Shown: piece by piece, positions 49,138 through 59,549 of the stretch
Position numbering within the stretch: position 1 is the stretch's first letter
How the letters are laid out: each line of letters starts with the position of its first letter
Origin: Spirochaetia bacterium
GTDB lineage: Bacteria > Spirochaetota > Spirochaetia > DSM-2461
DNA: 64,000 nt
Reading direction: 5' to 3'
Assembly (NCBI GenBank): GCA_963666985.2
Contig: CAXXIA010000002.1
Span: 2,016,001-2,080,000, forward strand
Position numbers and translations under genes: made by a program
The notes under the pieces: model-generated
The model's database searches: none
What the model was told of the DNA's origin: nothing
What the model saw: the letters and a program-made list of their open reading frames with translations, nothing else

Positions 49138-49839
49138 ATGAGCATCAAATCATACCGCTATAAAGCATTCATCGTTTTAGGACTTTTCATTAGTATCGCA
49201 GGTTCCGCCGGAGGATACGAATTGTCCTCTTATGATCTTATCAGCACGGCGGCGGAGGAAATCTGGAACGATATTGATAATTCCGACGAGTTTCCGCTTC
49301 TTCCCACGATAGACGAATTGAAGGAATCACGGCTCTTTTCCGAAGGACGGCTGAAGAGTCTCACCACCCAGGAACTCTGGTCCGAAGCGCATGCCATGGC
49401 GGGCTTCCAAAGTGCTTACCTTGAGCGATTGAACGACTACCCGAGTGAATTCGTTTTTTCTTCCGTATCGCTGTGGGATGCCAGAACACAGGTTCTTGAT
49501 ATTGAAATCGAGCGTCAGGTGGGATTCGAGGAAGGATGGATCTGGGAATTGATTGGTCAAATCAATAATGAGCTTGTCGGTATCGCCGGGTTCTATGGCG
49601 GCATGATCGATATCCTCTCAACGGAGGATCGGGTTCTGCTGGCGGAAGGCTTTACGCAAACCGCCCTGCATTTCTCCGAGTACCTTTCTCCTGAGGCCCT
49701 GCTGCTGTTTCCTTATTTTCTGACCGGAGCGGCCGAGAATGAGCCGGAAGAATATCTCCAATACCTTCTGAAAGACTTTCTTGCCGAGCTGGAAGATGCC
49801 GCCGCCGAACAGTCCGAATCGGAGCAAACTGCGGGCTGA
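49138..49839 (+). CDS. Acidic exported hypothetical protein
   Basis: GGGGAG RBS; N-terminal signal-like segment; no motif recognised. Confidence 0.65.
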   Translation: MSIKSYRYKAFIVLGLFISIAGSAGGYELSSYDLISTAAEEIWNDIDNSDEFPLLPTIDELKESRLFSEGRLKSLTTQELWSEAHAMAGFQSAYLERLNDYPSEFVFSSVSLWDARTQVLDIEIERQVGFEEGWIWELIGQINNELVGIAGFYGGMIDILSTEDRVLLAEGFTQTALHFSEYLSPEALLLFPYFLTGAAENEPEEYLQYLLKDFLAELEDAAAEQSESEQTAG

Positions 49840-50114
49840 TAAGAAAAAAACTTCAAATCCGGGTTTTTTCGATAATCCTGATTCTCTCTCGGTATCCGCG
49901 TTTCTGTTCACATTCTGCGGCAACACGGGAAGCGGCGCTGATGAGGATATCGGCGATTGAACTGCTGGGAATGGAACGAAAATGGATTATATGTTTATCG
50001 ATGCCCAAGTATTCAATCAATACTTGGGCGGCTGGGATGCCGGCGGCAATCCCCGTTTAGCGAGAAATCCCAGTATTGATGATTTTCAAAAGACTCAATA
50101 TCGACCAAATCAAT

Positions 50115-51384
50115 TTACGGTCTGTTTGCCAGCCATTGAAAAAAGTCACTTGTCCAAAGCGTCAAGGCGCCGACCTGACAATGTTCGCCGCCGCCGTTAT
50201 CGGATGGGTAGAGTATCGCCGTTACATCGTTGGTACCCGTAAAAACATCAATAGAATCTTCCATGAGGCGTACGGGAACAAAGTGATCGTTTTCACCGGC
50301 CAAGAGTAAAACAGGACATTTCACAAGAGGTGCTGCCGATTCAATTTCATAATCCTTATAGGCTTTGTAAAACGCCTATGTAATCTTCTTGTTTCCCGAA
50401 AATCCAGGCGCCGTGGCGTAAAGCCCAATCCGTTTCCGAAGAAAAACGCATCGATATATTTAATAGCCGAGCGGTGGATTGCGAGGGGTTTCCGTCTTCG
50501 AAAACACGTTTTCGAAATGATTCAGGCATATTCTCACCTACGGCTTCTGAGAAATCGTGAAATATGTCGTAATGCACAAGGGCTTCAATTCGAGGATCTG
50601 ATGCCGCCGCCTTTGTCGCCAAAATACTGCCGAGGCTGTAGCCTACAAGGACAATTCGATTATACTCGGAATAATCGGACAAGAATGAATCCAGGACGGC
50701 CTTGTTCACCGGTGCCCAATCGGCGATCATCGGTATTCCGTCGCATCGAATGGCGGCTCCCTGACCCGGTCCGTCATAAGATGGAAACGCATAGCCTCGT
50801 TTTAAAGCTTCCGCTCCCAAGGTGAAGTAAGTTTCTTCCTTTATCGAATCATATCCATTAACCATGCAAATCAAGGTACGGGAAAACGAACCCTCCATTT
50901 GTGGAAAATACAGGGTTTCCAGAGATTTCTCAGCGTAAGAAATACGATTCAAACGATATTCAATTCCCAGAGCATCAAGACCTGAATAGAATGTATCCCG
51001 GCATTTCATGTAGGTTGATTTCTTTCTTGGATCCTCAGGGGAAAGCAGGAACTCGGCGGTTCGGTAGTAATTCGAGGCACGAAGCAGCGCCCTTCCGGAT
51101 GATGTGAAATCATTCGGATACATCTTTGCTTGAGATTTGGAGAGAGCTGCGAGCTTGGACCATTCCGTATACCAGGATTCCGAATCACCCTGTCGAATCC
51201 CGGAAACCGTTTGGAAGATCTCGTTGATATCGGCTCCTCCGACGGCCGTGTATCCTAAAGTACGAAGAGCCTCGTAGCTATACGTCTGATTATTGGGAAA
51301 CAAAACGCCGTATCCGTTTTTATTACAGCCGCTGAAACCCAGAACAAAAAGAATCAATAATGCAATTTTCATTTTGATCGACAT
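50115..51384 (-). CDS. Lipoprotein alpha/beta hydrolase (FrsA/dihydroxypseudooxynicotine hydrolase-like); +1 frameshift near 50364-50367
   Basis: AGGAG RBS, lipobox GFSGC, RASNYYRTAEF, DGPGQG, GYSLG; catalytic D/H (GENDHF, GGEHCQ) lie in ORF 50115..50324. Confidence 0.8.
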
Positions 51385-51480
51385 CGTAATGATCTCCTGC
51401 TTTTTTGAAGGAGAAGCTAATGCGAATTGTGAATGGTGTGTATCGAGAAAAAGGTTGATTTTAGCTTTATACCGGTTGAT

Positions 51481-52338
51481 TCAACCATCAATCTGACGAA
51501 TGAGTTCAACTTTATTTGAGCTTTCGGTCTTTTTATACGGTCTGTCCATGTGTGTCTTCACCGTCGGCAAAGAAATCTTCAGGAGTCGGGCAATTTCTTT
51601 ATAGGTGTACCCTTTGGCGGCCAGATCGTAAACTTCTGTTTCTCGGGGGGAAATCGAGAATCTTTTAAAGGACTCGGCCCGAACAACTTCGCTTTTTCCC
51701 AATTTACGGAGAAGCCGTGAAAGAAGGTATGCCGAAAATCTAACCTGCAGCAGGAAATAGAAAGAAAGATAGAAAATCCGATTCCACCGCTCCATGCCAA
51801 GAATACTTCCCCTGAAAAAAGTCGGAACAATAAGAATGATGGCAAATAGTAAAGATAGGCTCCCTGCCGTTCTGTAGGTTCGCGGTGGAATTCGCTCAAC
51901 GTCCACCCTCCCTCCATGGCGAATCAATGGAAAGACCGCCAGCAGGATAACAGCGGAAACCAGGTAACGGACAAAGACTGAAAAGAGATAGGCATGATCT
52001 TTTTCATGGAACAGAAAAAGGATAACGGGTGCCGTGACCGTAATTACCAGCATTATTTTCCATGGAATCTTGAGCCATCCGGTCCCGCTGAGAGATTCCG
52101 AATATGCCATAAGCGCCGTGCACATGAAGAATACGAGTGTCAAGGAAAAAGGGCTGTTAACATTCGTTTCCCAGGTGGATACCATCAATCCGACCGATAT
52201 TGTGTAGAGCAGAAACGATCCAAGAAAAATTACAAAGCGGCGATCAGCCTGAACCTTGGAATTATAAGCCGTTAGAGCCGCAATCGTAATTGTTACCGTA
52301 CCCCCGCAAAAGGCAAGGATTCCTAAAATATCCGGCAT
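51481..52338 (-). CDS. Membrane-anchored LuxR-type transcriptional regulator
   Basis: About 7 TM segments, then ISPRETEVYDLAAKGYTYKEIARLLKISLPTVKTH. Confidence 0.85.
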   Translation of the reverse strand: MPDILGILAFCGGTVTITIAALTAYNSKVQADRRFVIFLGSFLLYTISVGLMVSTWETNVNSPFSLTLVFFMCTALMAYSESLSGTGWLKIPWKIMLVITVTAPVILFLFHEKDHAYLFSVFVRYLVSAVILLAVFPLIRHGGRVDVERIPPRTYRTAGSLSLLFAIILIVPTFFRGSILGMERWNRIFYLSFYFLLQVRFSAYLLSRLLRKLGKSEVVRAESFKRFSISPRETEVYDLAAKGYTYKEIARLLKISLPTVKTHMDRPYKKTESSNKVELIRQIDG

Positions 52339-52551
52339 ATCAGCGTACGAACTTTAATGAACTTCATTTTATCATTCTATACCGTTATGAGAATCAATAT
52401 AATAATCCAATCGGACATTGGAATTCTTCTTTAAACGGATGCTGATTGATGTTCTGTGGTGAAAGAATTTCAATGAACCGGATTCAGTCGATGAAAATGA
52501 TTTACTTGCTGTTGTAGTTGATAAAGCAAATGATGAGATTCAATTCTGTGT

Positions 52552-53217
52552 CTATTTTAATTCGGGGCTGTTTGGTTCGATTTTTAAGGAATTCTTTCGT
52601 TGCCGCAAAGTTTTTCCGAAACGAAGAATTCCATAGACAATGAGAAGAAATCCCACACCCAAGTTCAGTATCCGAACAGCGGCTTCAGGTATGTGTTTAT
52701 GAAATATCGATACCAATGACATGGAACAGACAAGAAATAATGGCGTTGCGGATCCGGCTCCAAGGCCGAATAGAGCAAGTGCGCCTCGTGAGTAATTGCG
52801 ATCAATCGCCTTTGCCGTAAAGACACTGCTCCAGAAAACAATCGTCAGCGGACTTGAAACGGTTAATAGTATTCCGGCAAAAAAACAAGTCCATTTGCTG
52901 TCGGTCAGTATTGAAGATTTCGGAGCGGCCGTTTCCGTAAACATTCCGGAGTAAACCATCACAATGCCGAAAAGAATTAAGACAATTGAACTGATAATCC
53001 CCAGAAGAAAGCGGGCCGATTTCTTTTCCAGCAGTTTCCCGATGCCAAGGAAAGAGAGTGAGATATAGACAAAATCTATGAGTGTTACCCCTAAGGTTGC
53101 TGCGACTCCATTTAAAAGTCCGGTATTCAGAGTGATATTCAGAATCAGAAAGAAAACCGGTCCAAGAGCCAGTTGAAGAAAGAAACCTGTAGAGAGTCCG
53201 TCAATAAATGTTTTCAT
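52552..53217 (-). CDS. LysE family translocator
   Basis: GFFLQLALGPV, GVTLIDFVY, LTVSSPLTIVFW; hydrophobic. Confidence 0.85.
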   Translation of the reverse strand: MKTFIDGLSTGFFLQLALGPVFFLILNITLNTGLLNGVAATLGVTLIDFVYISLSFLGIGKLLEKKSARFLLGIISSIVLILFGIVMVYSGMFTETAAPKSSILTDSKWTCFFAGILLTVSSPLTIVFWSSVFTAKAIDRNYSRGALALFGLGAGSATPLFLVCSMSLVSIFHKHIPEAAVRILNLGVGFLLIVYGILRFGKTLRQRKNSLKIEPNSPELK

Positions 53218-53268
53218 TAATATCTCCCGAAATCAGGAACTCATTTCTTGGGATTCCAGCGTTTTGGT

Positions 53269-53846
53269 TTAGAGATCACCGGCGTGTGATGGTTTTGCAA
53301 GGTACCCATAAGATCCAAGTGTTATAATCGAAGGTTCCTTTAAGAACTTTTCGCTTGCTTCTCTAAAAACAATTTCGCCCGTTACTTCCGCCGGCAGTTC
53401 AAGATCCGCTCCGCGGCAGGTATATTCACTTCCCAGACGAAAAATTGATCTCCGCCGTACATGCTTTCTTTTGGAGGGACATCGCCTCCGGCAATGAACT
53501 TCATCGTAACTCGTTGAATCGGGCCCTCCGCCGCCTCAAGATGTCCTACCACAGTTCTGCCTTCTGCCTCCGAATGTAATTTTAACGACTCGGGAGAGAC
53601 ACGATAGCATAAGCTTTGAGGATAGCGGTTCCGCATATACCGTGCCCCAATATCGCTGTTCACATAAACGGTAACCGGCTTTGCCGTATCCTTGTTATGA
53701 ATAATAATAAAGCAATCAAAGGAGCCGTACGCCGGCGAATGGATTCGAGCCCACTCATAGAATCCGGGGATATGCGCAAAAGGGCAGTAAAATTCATATA
53801 TGTCATGCATTTGTTGGAGATTAAGATAAAACAAAAGTACTGTCAC
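53269..53846 (-). pseudogene. Hypothetical protein with probable -1 frameshift near 53432-53434
   Basis: ORF 53382..53846; adding one G gives WGSEYTCRGADLELPAEV...IITLGSYGYL to a stop at 53269. Confidence 0.4.
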
Positions 53847-53996
53847 CTGTAAATAGCGGTTGCGTTACCGGGAGTACATTTTGCGTGACATAATCTACCT
53901 AAACAGCCGCTGACGTGATTGCGGCGGAGTCGGGAAAAAAACGAGAGCATGCTCGGAGGATGGGTATCTTTCCGTCGGCCGCCGGAACGGCCCTTG

Positions 53997-55037
53997 CTAA
54001 ACCAGCACGTACTGTATCGTGACATACGCCGCGTAGAGGCTCAGCAGCCAAGCGCCCTGCCAGCGCCGGAAACGGCCGTTTTTGTCCATGCCGATGAAGA
54101 TGCGGAAGGAAAGAATGATCAGCAGCATCGCCGGGAAGTGAAACCGGAAGAAAGTCGGCGGAACGGCCAGGGGAACCGCCGTGGAGGCCGCTCCGATAAC
54201 GAAGAGAGCGTTAAGAACATCCGCGCCGACGATGTTGCCTACGGTTATTTCAGGATGACCTTTCTTGATGGCCATAATCGCCGTTGTGAGTTCCGGAAGC
54301 GACGTGCCGAGGGCGACCATTGTCGCGGCGATGACGTCTTCGGGAACCCCCAGCCGACGGGCCGTTTCACTGGCCGCCGGTATCAGCAGACGGGAAGCGA
54401 TGATGACCAGGAGCAGTCCTCCGAAAAGCATCAGAAATGTGACGATGAGGGAAATCTCCCGGCCGGAATCTTCGCTTTCCGCTTTCGCATCGGGATTGCC
54501 TTCGGAGCGCGCCCACCGGTAGGTCATGACAAGATAAACACCCAGAAGGAGAACCAGGACAATACCCATCTCTCGGGAGATAATCGGTTTCCCGGGATGG
54601 ATGAGCACGGCCAGTCCGGCCAGCGCCACCAGAAATACCGCCGAACCGAGCTGCCACCAGCCGGTCCTGTTCAGAATCCATTTATTAATGGGCGGCGCCG
54701 CGATGAGGGCCGTCAGGCCGAAAATCAGACCCGTATCGGCAATGATGGATCCCACGCCGTTTCCCAAAGCCAAACCCGGATTTCCCATGAACGCCGCCAT
54801 GACCGAAACAAAAGCTTCGGGCGCCGTGGTGCCGATACTGAGGATGGTGGCTCCGATGACGATTTTCGGAAGACCGGTTCGAAGCGCAATGTTCACGGCT
54901 CCGTCGATCATCCAGTCCGCGCCTTTGGAAAGAAGAAAAACGGTGAAGACTATGGCCAGAAGCAGGCCCCAAAGCGGGAAGGAGGCAAACACTTCGGCCA
55001 AGGCGTGTTCATCGACGACATAGGTCCATATGTTCAT
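53997..55037 (-). CDS. Calcium/sodium antiporter (YrbG family)
   Basis: GATILSIGTTAPE, ALGNGVGS, VALGTSLPEL, GNIVGADVLN; start moved to ATG 55037 because the track's start overlaps tRNA-Gly. Confidence 0.9.
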   Translation of the reverse strand: MNIWTYVVDEHALAEVFASFPLWGLLLAIVFTVFLLSKGADWMIDGAVNIALRTGLPKIVIGATILSIGTTAPEAFVSVMAAFMGNPGLALGNGVGSIIADTGLIFGLTALIAAPPINKWILNRTGWWQLGSAVFLVALAGLAVLIHPGKPIISREMGIVLVLLLGVYLVMTYRWARSEGNPDAKAESEDSGREISLIVTFLMLFGGLLLVIIASRLLIPAASETARRLGVPEDVIAATMVALGTSLPELTTAIMAIKKGHPEITVGNIVGADVLNALFVIGAASTAVPLAVPPTFFRFHFPAMLLIILSFRIFIGMDKNGRFRRWQGAWLLSLYAAYVTIQYVLV

Positions 55038-55172
55038 GTAACGTATTATGGAAGTCCGGATGGTTTGCCACAAGGAGGTCTCTCTGCAAAAGAATATTCG
55101 GAAGTATGGAAAAGGTATGGAGTGACGATACGTTTCCGTACCGTGCGGATCGGAAGCCGAAGGCTGTGCAAT

Positions 55173-55200
55173 AAAAAAAAGAGCCGCTCGGAAGCGGCTC
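55173..55200 (-). terminator. Intrinsic terminator after tRNA-Gly
   Basis: GAGCCGCT-TCCG-AGCGGCTC followed by T8. Confidence 0.85.
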
Positions 55201-55205
55201 CAAAG

Positions 55206-55277
55206 AGCGAAAGACGAGATTCGAACTCGCGACATCCACCTTGGCAAGGTGGAGCTCTACCACTGAGCTACTTTCGC
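55206..55277 (-). tRNA. tRNA-Gly(GCC), CCA not encoded
   Basis: GCGAAAG/CTTTCGC+T; anticodon arm CCACC-TTGCCAA-GGTGG; GTTCGAATC T-loop. Confidence 0.95.
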
Positions 55278-55291
55278 ATCGGGTGAAAAGA

Positions 55292-55320
55292 GTTATACCG
55301 AATACGGGGGGAATTATCAA
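55292..55320 (-). promoter_or_regulatory. Sigma70 promoter of tRNA-Gly
   Basis: TTGATA-17 bp-TATAAC. Confidence 0.7.
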
Positions 55321-55435
55321 GACCTCCTGGGGCGTTTTTCTTATTGCGCCGGCATCGGACATACCGGTGCGGCCCGGTTGCTTTAAAAAACGGATTCTCG
55401 GAGAGGCTTCGGGGGGTCATGCTGCTTCCCATTCT

Positions 55436-55900
55436 TTAACCGGCTTCCCGGTTCTTCTCCATTTCAATGACCGCGCCGCGGACTCGTCCGATGTTCCTGT
55501 TGAACGCGACGAATCGGCATTGAAGGTAGAATGCGCCTCCGTAGAGCGGATAGGCCAAAAGAGCGGCGATTCTCTCATCCCAGTTCAGTCCGTCCATGAG
55601 TATGCGGAAGCAAAGAAGCTGGATGCCGTAGGAGACGGAGAATGAAAGGAGAAAAAGAAGAATTTCGATGGGCCGGAAGCTGCGCGAGCGGAAGGTCCAG
55701 AGTTTGTTCAGCGTGAAGTTGCAGATGAGTCCGCCGGTATAGGCAAAGCGGTTCGCCCAAATGGGATTGGTATGGAGAAGATCGTTGAAAAGAAAAAACA
55801 GGCTGAAAATAACGACGGTGTTCACCCCGCCGACCGACATGTACTTCACCAATTGATGGAGCGATGGGTAGCGCCGAAGATGAACAAAGAACCGCTTCAT
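55436..55900 (-). CDS. GtrA family membrane protein
   Basis: QLVKYMSVGGVNTVV, ANRFAY...NFTLNKLWTF; 4 TMs. Confidence 0.85.
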   Translation of the reverse strand: MKRFFVHLRRYPSLHQLVKYMSVGGVNTVVIFSLFFLFNDLLHTNPIWANRFAYTGGLICNFTLNKLWTFRSRSFRPIEILLFLLSFSVSYGIQLLCFRILMDGLNWDERIAALLAYPLYGGAFYLQCRFVAFNRNIGRVRGAVIEMEKNREAG

Positions 55901-56108
55901 GAGGGATATTATGGTGCAATAAGGTTGATTTTTCATCCTCCGGGAGACTTGCTGCGCCGTTCCGCGCTGTACAGCCGGATATGAAGCACGCGCGGTACCG
56001 AGCTGCACATCCGGTGCACCGAGGATAAACCTTGAGCTTTTATTGGCGGAGGCCGATGCCGAGGCCTACTGGAACTTCGGAAACGACCGGCTTTCGGCCT
56101 CCCGTAAT

Positions 56109-58037
56109 TCAGTCCAGACCGAAAAGCTCCTTCATGGCCGCGAGGTTCCGGGAGTTCTTTATATCGAGGTCCGCATACATGGCTTCAATGCGGTCGGCGT
56201 AAAACTCAACGACTTTGTACCGGACGAGCTTCATGGTTGAGTTCACCAGTTTGTCCTCTTCGCTGAAGGCTTTCGGAATAATCTCGAAGACGGTAGGTCT
56301 CCACGCCGGCGGGATGGTTTTTTCTCCTTCATCCGCTTTTCGATAAGACTCGAATTCCTCCATGAGGACGTCCAAAGCGGTCGAGGCGTTCTTCGCTCCC
56401 CTGGTTTTGAACAGATCCTTACAGCGGGGAACGTCCAGAGTCACCAGGGCCGTGGTGTATTTTTTCTGGTCGTTGTAAACCATGATCTGATTGAAAACGT
56501 CGGTTTTGGCCGTGAGGACTTCCTCGATTTCCTCGGGCGGATATTTTTCTCCGTCCGAGGCGATGAGCAGGGCCTTCTCCCGGCCCACGACCATAAGAAA
56601 TCCGTCTTCCTCATAGTAGCCCAAATCTCCCGTCCAGAGCCATCCGTCCCGGAGCGCCTTTGCCGTGGCTTCGGGATTCTTGAAATAGCCCTTCATGACG
56701 TTATCGCCTTTTATAACGATTTGTCCCTTTTCGCCGGGCGCGGCTTCTTCGGTATCGGATTTCATAATCCGGCATTTGATGCCGGGCATTACCATGCCCG
56801 AAGTACCGAATTTGTGGCATGCGGGTGAATTCGCCGAGATAATGGGAGAGGCTTCGGTCAGGCCGTATCCCTGATAAACCGGCAGTCCCATGGCCGCATA
56901 GAATTCCTGCTGCTTCACTTCGAGAATGGCCCCGCCGCCGACGCAGTAGCGAAGCTTATCGCCGAATATTTTTTTTGTTTTGGAGAACACAAGGGTTTTG
57001 GCAAGCCAGTGGTTGAAACCGTAGCGGAGCTTCGTTCCCAGGCTCGGTTTATTATAACCATCTCCGATAAGCGCGATTCCCGCGCGAAGGCCGCGCTGAA
57101 AAATCCCGTAGATAAAATTGCCTTTCGCTTTCACCCCTTCGGTAATTTTTTTCATGAAGTTTCCGGTAAGGGAGGGGACGGTAAGGATGAAATCCGGATT
57201 CCGTTCTTTGAGGTTAATGGGGATATTGGGAATCATTTTTGCCGCGCCCTTGTGGGCATCGATAAACGAGAGTGTCATGGCTCGGGCCAACCCGGTATAG
57301 GAGGCAACTGTATGAGCGAAACTGTGGTCCAGCGGCAGAATTATCAGGTTTTCGACTCCCATGGGGAGTCCGAAGTGATCGACGGCCGTCCAGGCGTTGG
57401 AATAGTAATTCAGATGCGTAAGCATGATTCCCTTGGGATTGCCGGTGGTGCCCGAGGTGTAGCAGATGTTCACCGTATCATCTTCCTGCGCGGCGGCCTT
57501 TGAGGAGCGGACCGGCTGCGGGTCCGCGGCGTAAGCCTCGGCGCCCTCGGCGGTCATGGACGGCCAGTCGATCCAGTCGTTACCCTGCTGCAAACCGATT
57601 TCCGAAAACTTATTTTTTTCATCTTCGGTCGGAGCGTCCAGGAACACGATAAAGGGCTTTTGATCAATTTTATCCCAAACTTGAATAAGCTTGGGCAGGG
57701 TGATTCGGCTTACCGCCACGCCGACGGCTTCCGAATGATTCAAGCGGAAGGGGAATTCCTCCGCCTGAAGCTTCAACGACATCGGTACGGAAATTAATCC
57801 GGCTTTGAGCATGGCCATTTCACCGATAATCCATTCGGGCCGGCCTTCGGCGATCAAACCGATGCGTGAGGCGCGTTCAAATCCTTTTTTCAGGTACCAG
57901 GCCGCTATTTCGTCGGAGATTTTTTCGGTTTCTTCGAAACTGACGTTCTTCCAGCCTTCTTCCGTTTTGCCGCTGAGGTAGGTTCTATCGGTATATTTTT
58001 CCGCGGCTTCCGCGAGCATTTGTATAACCGTACGCAT
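56109..58037 (-). CDS. Long-chain fatty acid-CoA ligase (AMP-dependent synthetase)
   Basis: YTSGTTGNPKG, QGYGLTEASP, WLWTGDLG, GREK. Confidence 0.92.
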   Translation of the reverse strand: MRTVIQMLAEAAEKYTDRTYLSGKTEEGWKNVSFEETEKISDEIAAWYLKKGFERASRIGLIAEGRPEWIIGEMAMLKAGLISVPMSLKLQAEEFPFRLNHSEAVGVAVSRITLPKLIQVWDKIDQKPFIVFLDAPTEDEKNKFSEIGLQQGNDWIDWPSMTAEGAEAYAADPQPVRSSKAAAQEDDTVNICYTSGTTGNPKGIMLTHLNYYSNAWTAVDHFGLPMGVENLIILPLDHSFAHTVASYTGLARAMTLSFIDAHKGAAKMIPNIPINLKERNPDFILTVPSLTGNFMKKITEGVKAKGNFIYGIFQRGLRAGIALIGDGYNKPSLGTKLRYGFNHWLAKTLVFSKTKKIFGDKLRYCVGGGAILEVKQQEFYAAMGLPVYQGYGLTEASPIISANSPACHKFGTSGMVMPGIKCRIMKSDTEEAAPGEKGQIVIKGDNVMKGYFKNPEATAKALRDGWLWTGDLGYYEEDGFLMVVGREKALLIASDGEKYPPEEIEEVLTAKTDVFNQIMVYNDQKKYTTALVTLDVPRCKDLFKTRGAKNASTALDVLMEEFESYRKADEGEKTIPPAWRPTVFEIIPKAFSEEDKLVNSTMKLVRYKVVEFYADRIEAMYADLDIKNSRNLAAMKELFGLD

Positions 58038-58172
58038 GGTGTGATTCTCCTATTCGTGAACATCTTAAAATGCTTGGAGGTGTTTGTACATTAAATAAAT
58101 AATCTCAATTAAGTCTTGTGGCGGGATTTTCGGAAGAGTTGGAGCATCGGTTAACCGCACGAAAAAAGAATC

Positions 58173-58239
58173 GAATCACCTCTCATTTTTTCCTTGACAA
58201 CCGTCTTTGCCATGTTACTCTGGTGAGAAGTGATTCACC
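58173..58239 (+). promoter_or_regulatory. Sigma70 promoter of the liv-like operon flanked by a 13-bp inverted repeat
   Basis: TTGACA (58194-58199), 16 bp, TGn-TACTCT (58216-58221); GAATCACCTCTCA (58173-58185) vs TGAGAAGTGATTC (58224-58236), 12/13. Confidence 0.55.
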
Positions 58240-58259
58240 TATTACAAAGGAGGTTATTT

Positions 58260-59480
58260 ATGAAACGGTTCCTTATCGCAATTCTTTTCATCACAGCCGC
58301 CGTTATGGCGATGGCCAACGGTTCCGATGAAGAAACCGCGAAGCCCATCAAGCTCGGCGGTGTATGGCCTTTGGCCGACATTACCGGTGAACAGGCAAGC
58401 AAGGCCGCGCAGCAGGCCGTTGAGGAAATCAACGCCGCCGGAGGAGTTCTGGGACGTCCGCTGGAACTGATTGTCATCGACAGCGAATTCAAGCCCGATA
58501 AGGGAGCGGCCGCTCTGGAACGGTTGGCCACGGTCGATAAGGTCGACGTGTTTATCGGCGGTATGGCTTCCAGTGTTCATCTCGGACAAATCCCTACGCT
58601 GAAAAAATACAAAAAGCTTACGGTTTGGACGGGAGCCGCCAGTCATCTGGCCGAAGAAGCCATCGGTCCCGACGCCGATTGGTATTTCCATCTGCATCCC
58701 TGGGATTATAATCAGGGTGAAGGTTATGTTATCGGCTGGAATGCCATCTCGGAGAAATACCCGCAGATAGCCACCGAAAGATGGTTCATGGCGTATGAAG
58801 AAGGTGCTTTCGGATCCCCGTCTTTCGATGCATCGGTAGCCATGTTCTCCGATATGGGAACCATCGACGGAGATTCTTTTACCAGTGCCGCCGCAGGCGG
58901 CGGTGATTATACCGCGGTTCTGGAAACGGCCAAGGCGTACAAGCCGGATATCTTCCTTTGGGCCGGATACGCCGCCGATGCTCTGCCCCTTATGGAACAG
59001 TCCAAAGCCATGGGATTCGCTCCTCCTCTGTATGTCGGAGCGCCTCCGGGATGGCCCGCGGACTTCGGCGCTTCGGAGCTTGCTGAAAATGTAACACTTT
59101 ATGGCATGTGGGCTCCGTCCATCAGCGACATCAGTGCCGTCGGCAAGAAGTTTACGGACGGCTATACCGAGAAATACGGAGCTCTTCCCGCCACTTATTT
59201 CGCGCCTCTGGGATATACCGTGGTTTACGTTGTCGCCGAAGCGATTGAGCGCGCGGGAACCCTGGATACCGAAGCCCTCATCAAGGCCATGGAAGAAACC
59301 GCGTATGATTCTCCCCTGGGAGAAACCATCACCTTTACTCCTTCCAACATCATCAAGCATCAGGGCCTTCGCAATCAAAAGATCCTGCAGTGGCAGAACG
59401 GCCGACAGGAAGTTATCTGGCCCTTTGAGTACCAGACAGCCGAACCTGTGTATCCCTTCCCCGGTTGGGATAATCGCTAA
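58260..59480 (+). CDS. Branched-chain amino acid-type (LivJ-like) ABC substrate-binding protein
   Basis: AAAGGAGG RBS; AVEEINAAGGVLGRPLELIVID; VVAEAIERAGTLD. Confidence 0.9.
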   Translation: MKRFLIAILFITAAVMAMANGSDEETAKPIKLGGVWPLADITGEQASKAAQQAVEEINAAGGVLGRPLELIVIDSEFKPDKGAAALERLATVDKVDVFIGGMASSVHLGQIPTLKKYKKLTVWTGAASHLAEEAIGPDADWYFHLHPWDYNQGEGYVIGWNAISEKYPQIATERWFMAYEEGAFGSPSFDASVAMFSDMGTIDGDSFTSAAAGGGDYTAVLETAKAYKPDIFLWAGYAADALPLMEQSKAMGFAPPLYVGAPPGWPADFGASELAENVTLYGMWAPSISDISAVGKKFTDGYTEKYGALPATYFAPLGYTVVYVVAEAIERAGTLDTEALIKAMEETAYDSPLGETITFTPSNIIKHQGLRNQKILQWQNGRQEVIWPFEYQTAEPVYPFPGWDNR

Positions 59481-59503
59481 AGCGTCATCATTCATATAAC
59501 GGT

Positions 59504-59521
59504 GCGGGCCTTCGGGCCCGC
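59504..59521 (+). other. Stable C(UUCG)G hairpin between the SBP and permease genes (probable mRNA-stabilising stem)
   Basis: GCGGGCC-TTCG-GGCCCGC, no U-tract. Confidence 0.6.
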
Positions 59522-59549
59522 CCGATTCGAATATTTCGGAGAATAACAA

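Noticed and set aside
49982..50242. ORF MDYMFIDAQVF... as a real gene
   Set aside because: No recognisable motif, overlaps the hydrolase C-terminus on the opposite strand; at most a remnant.
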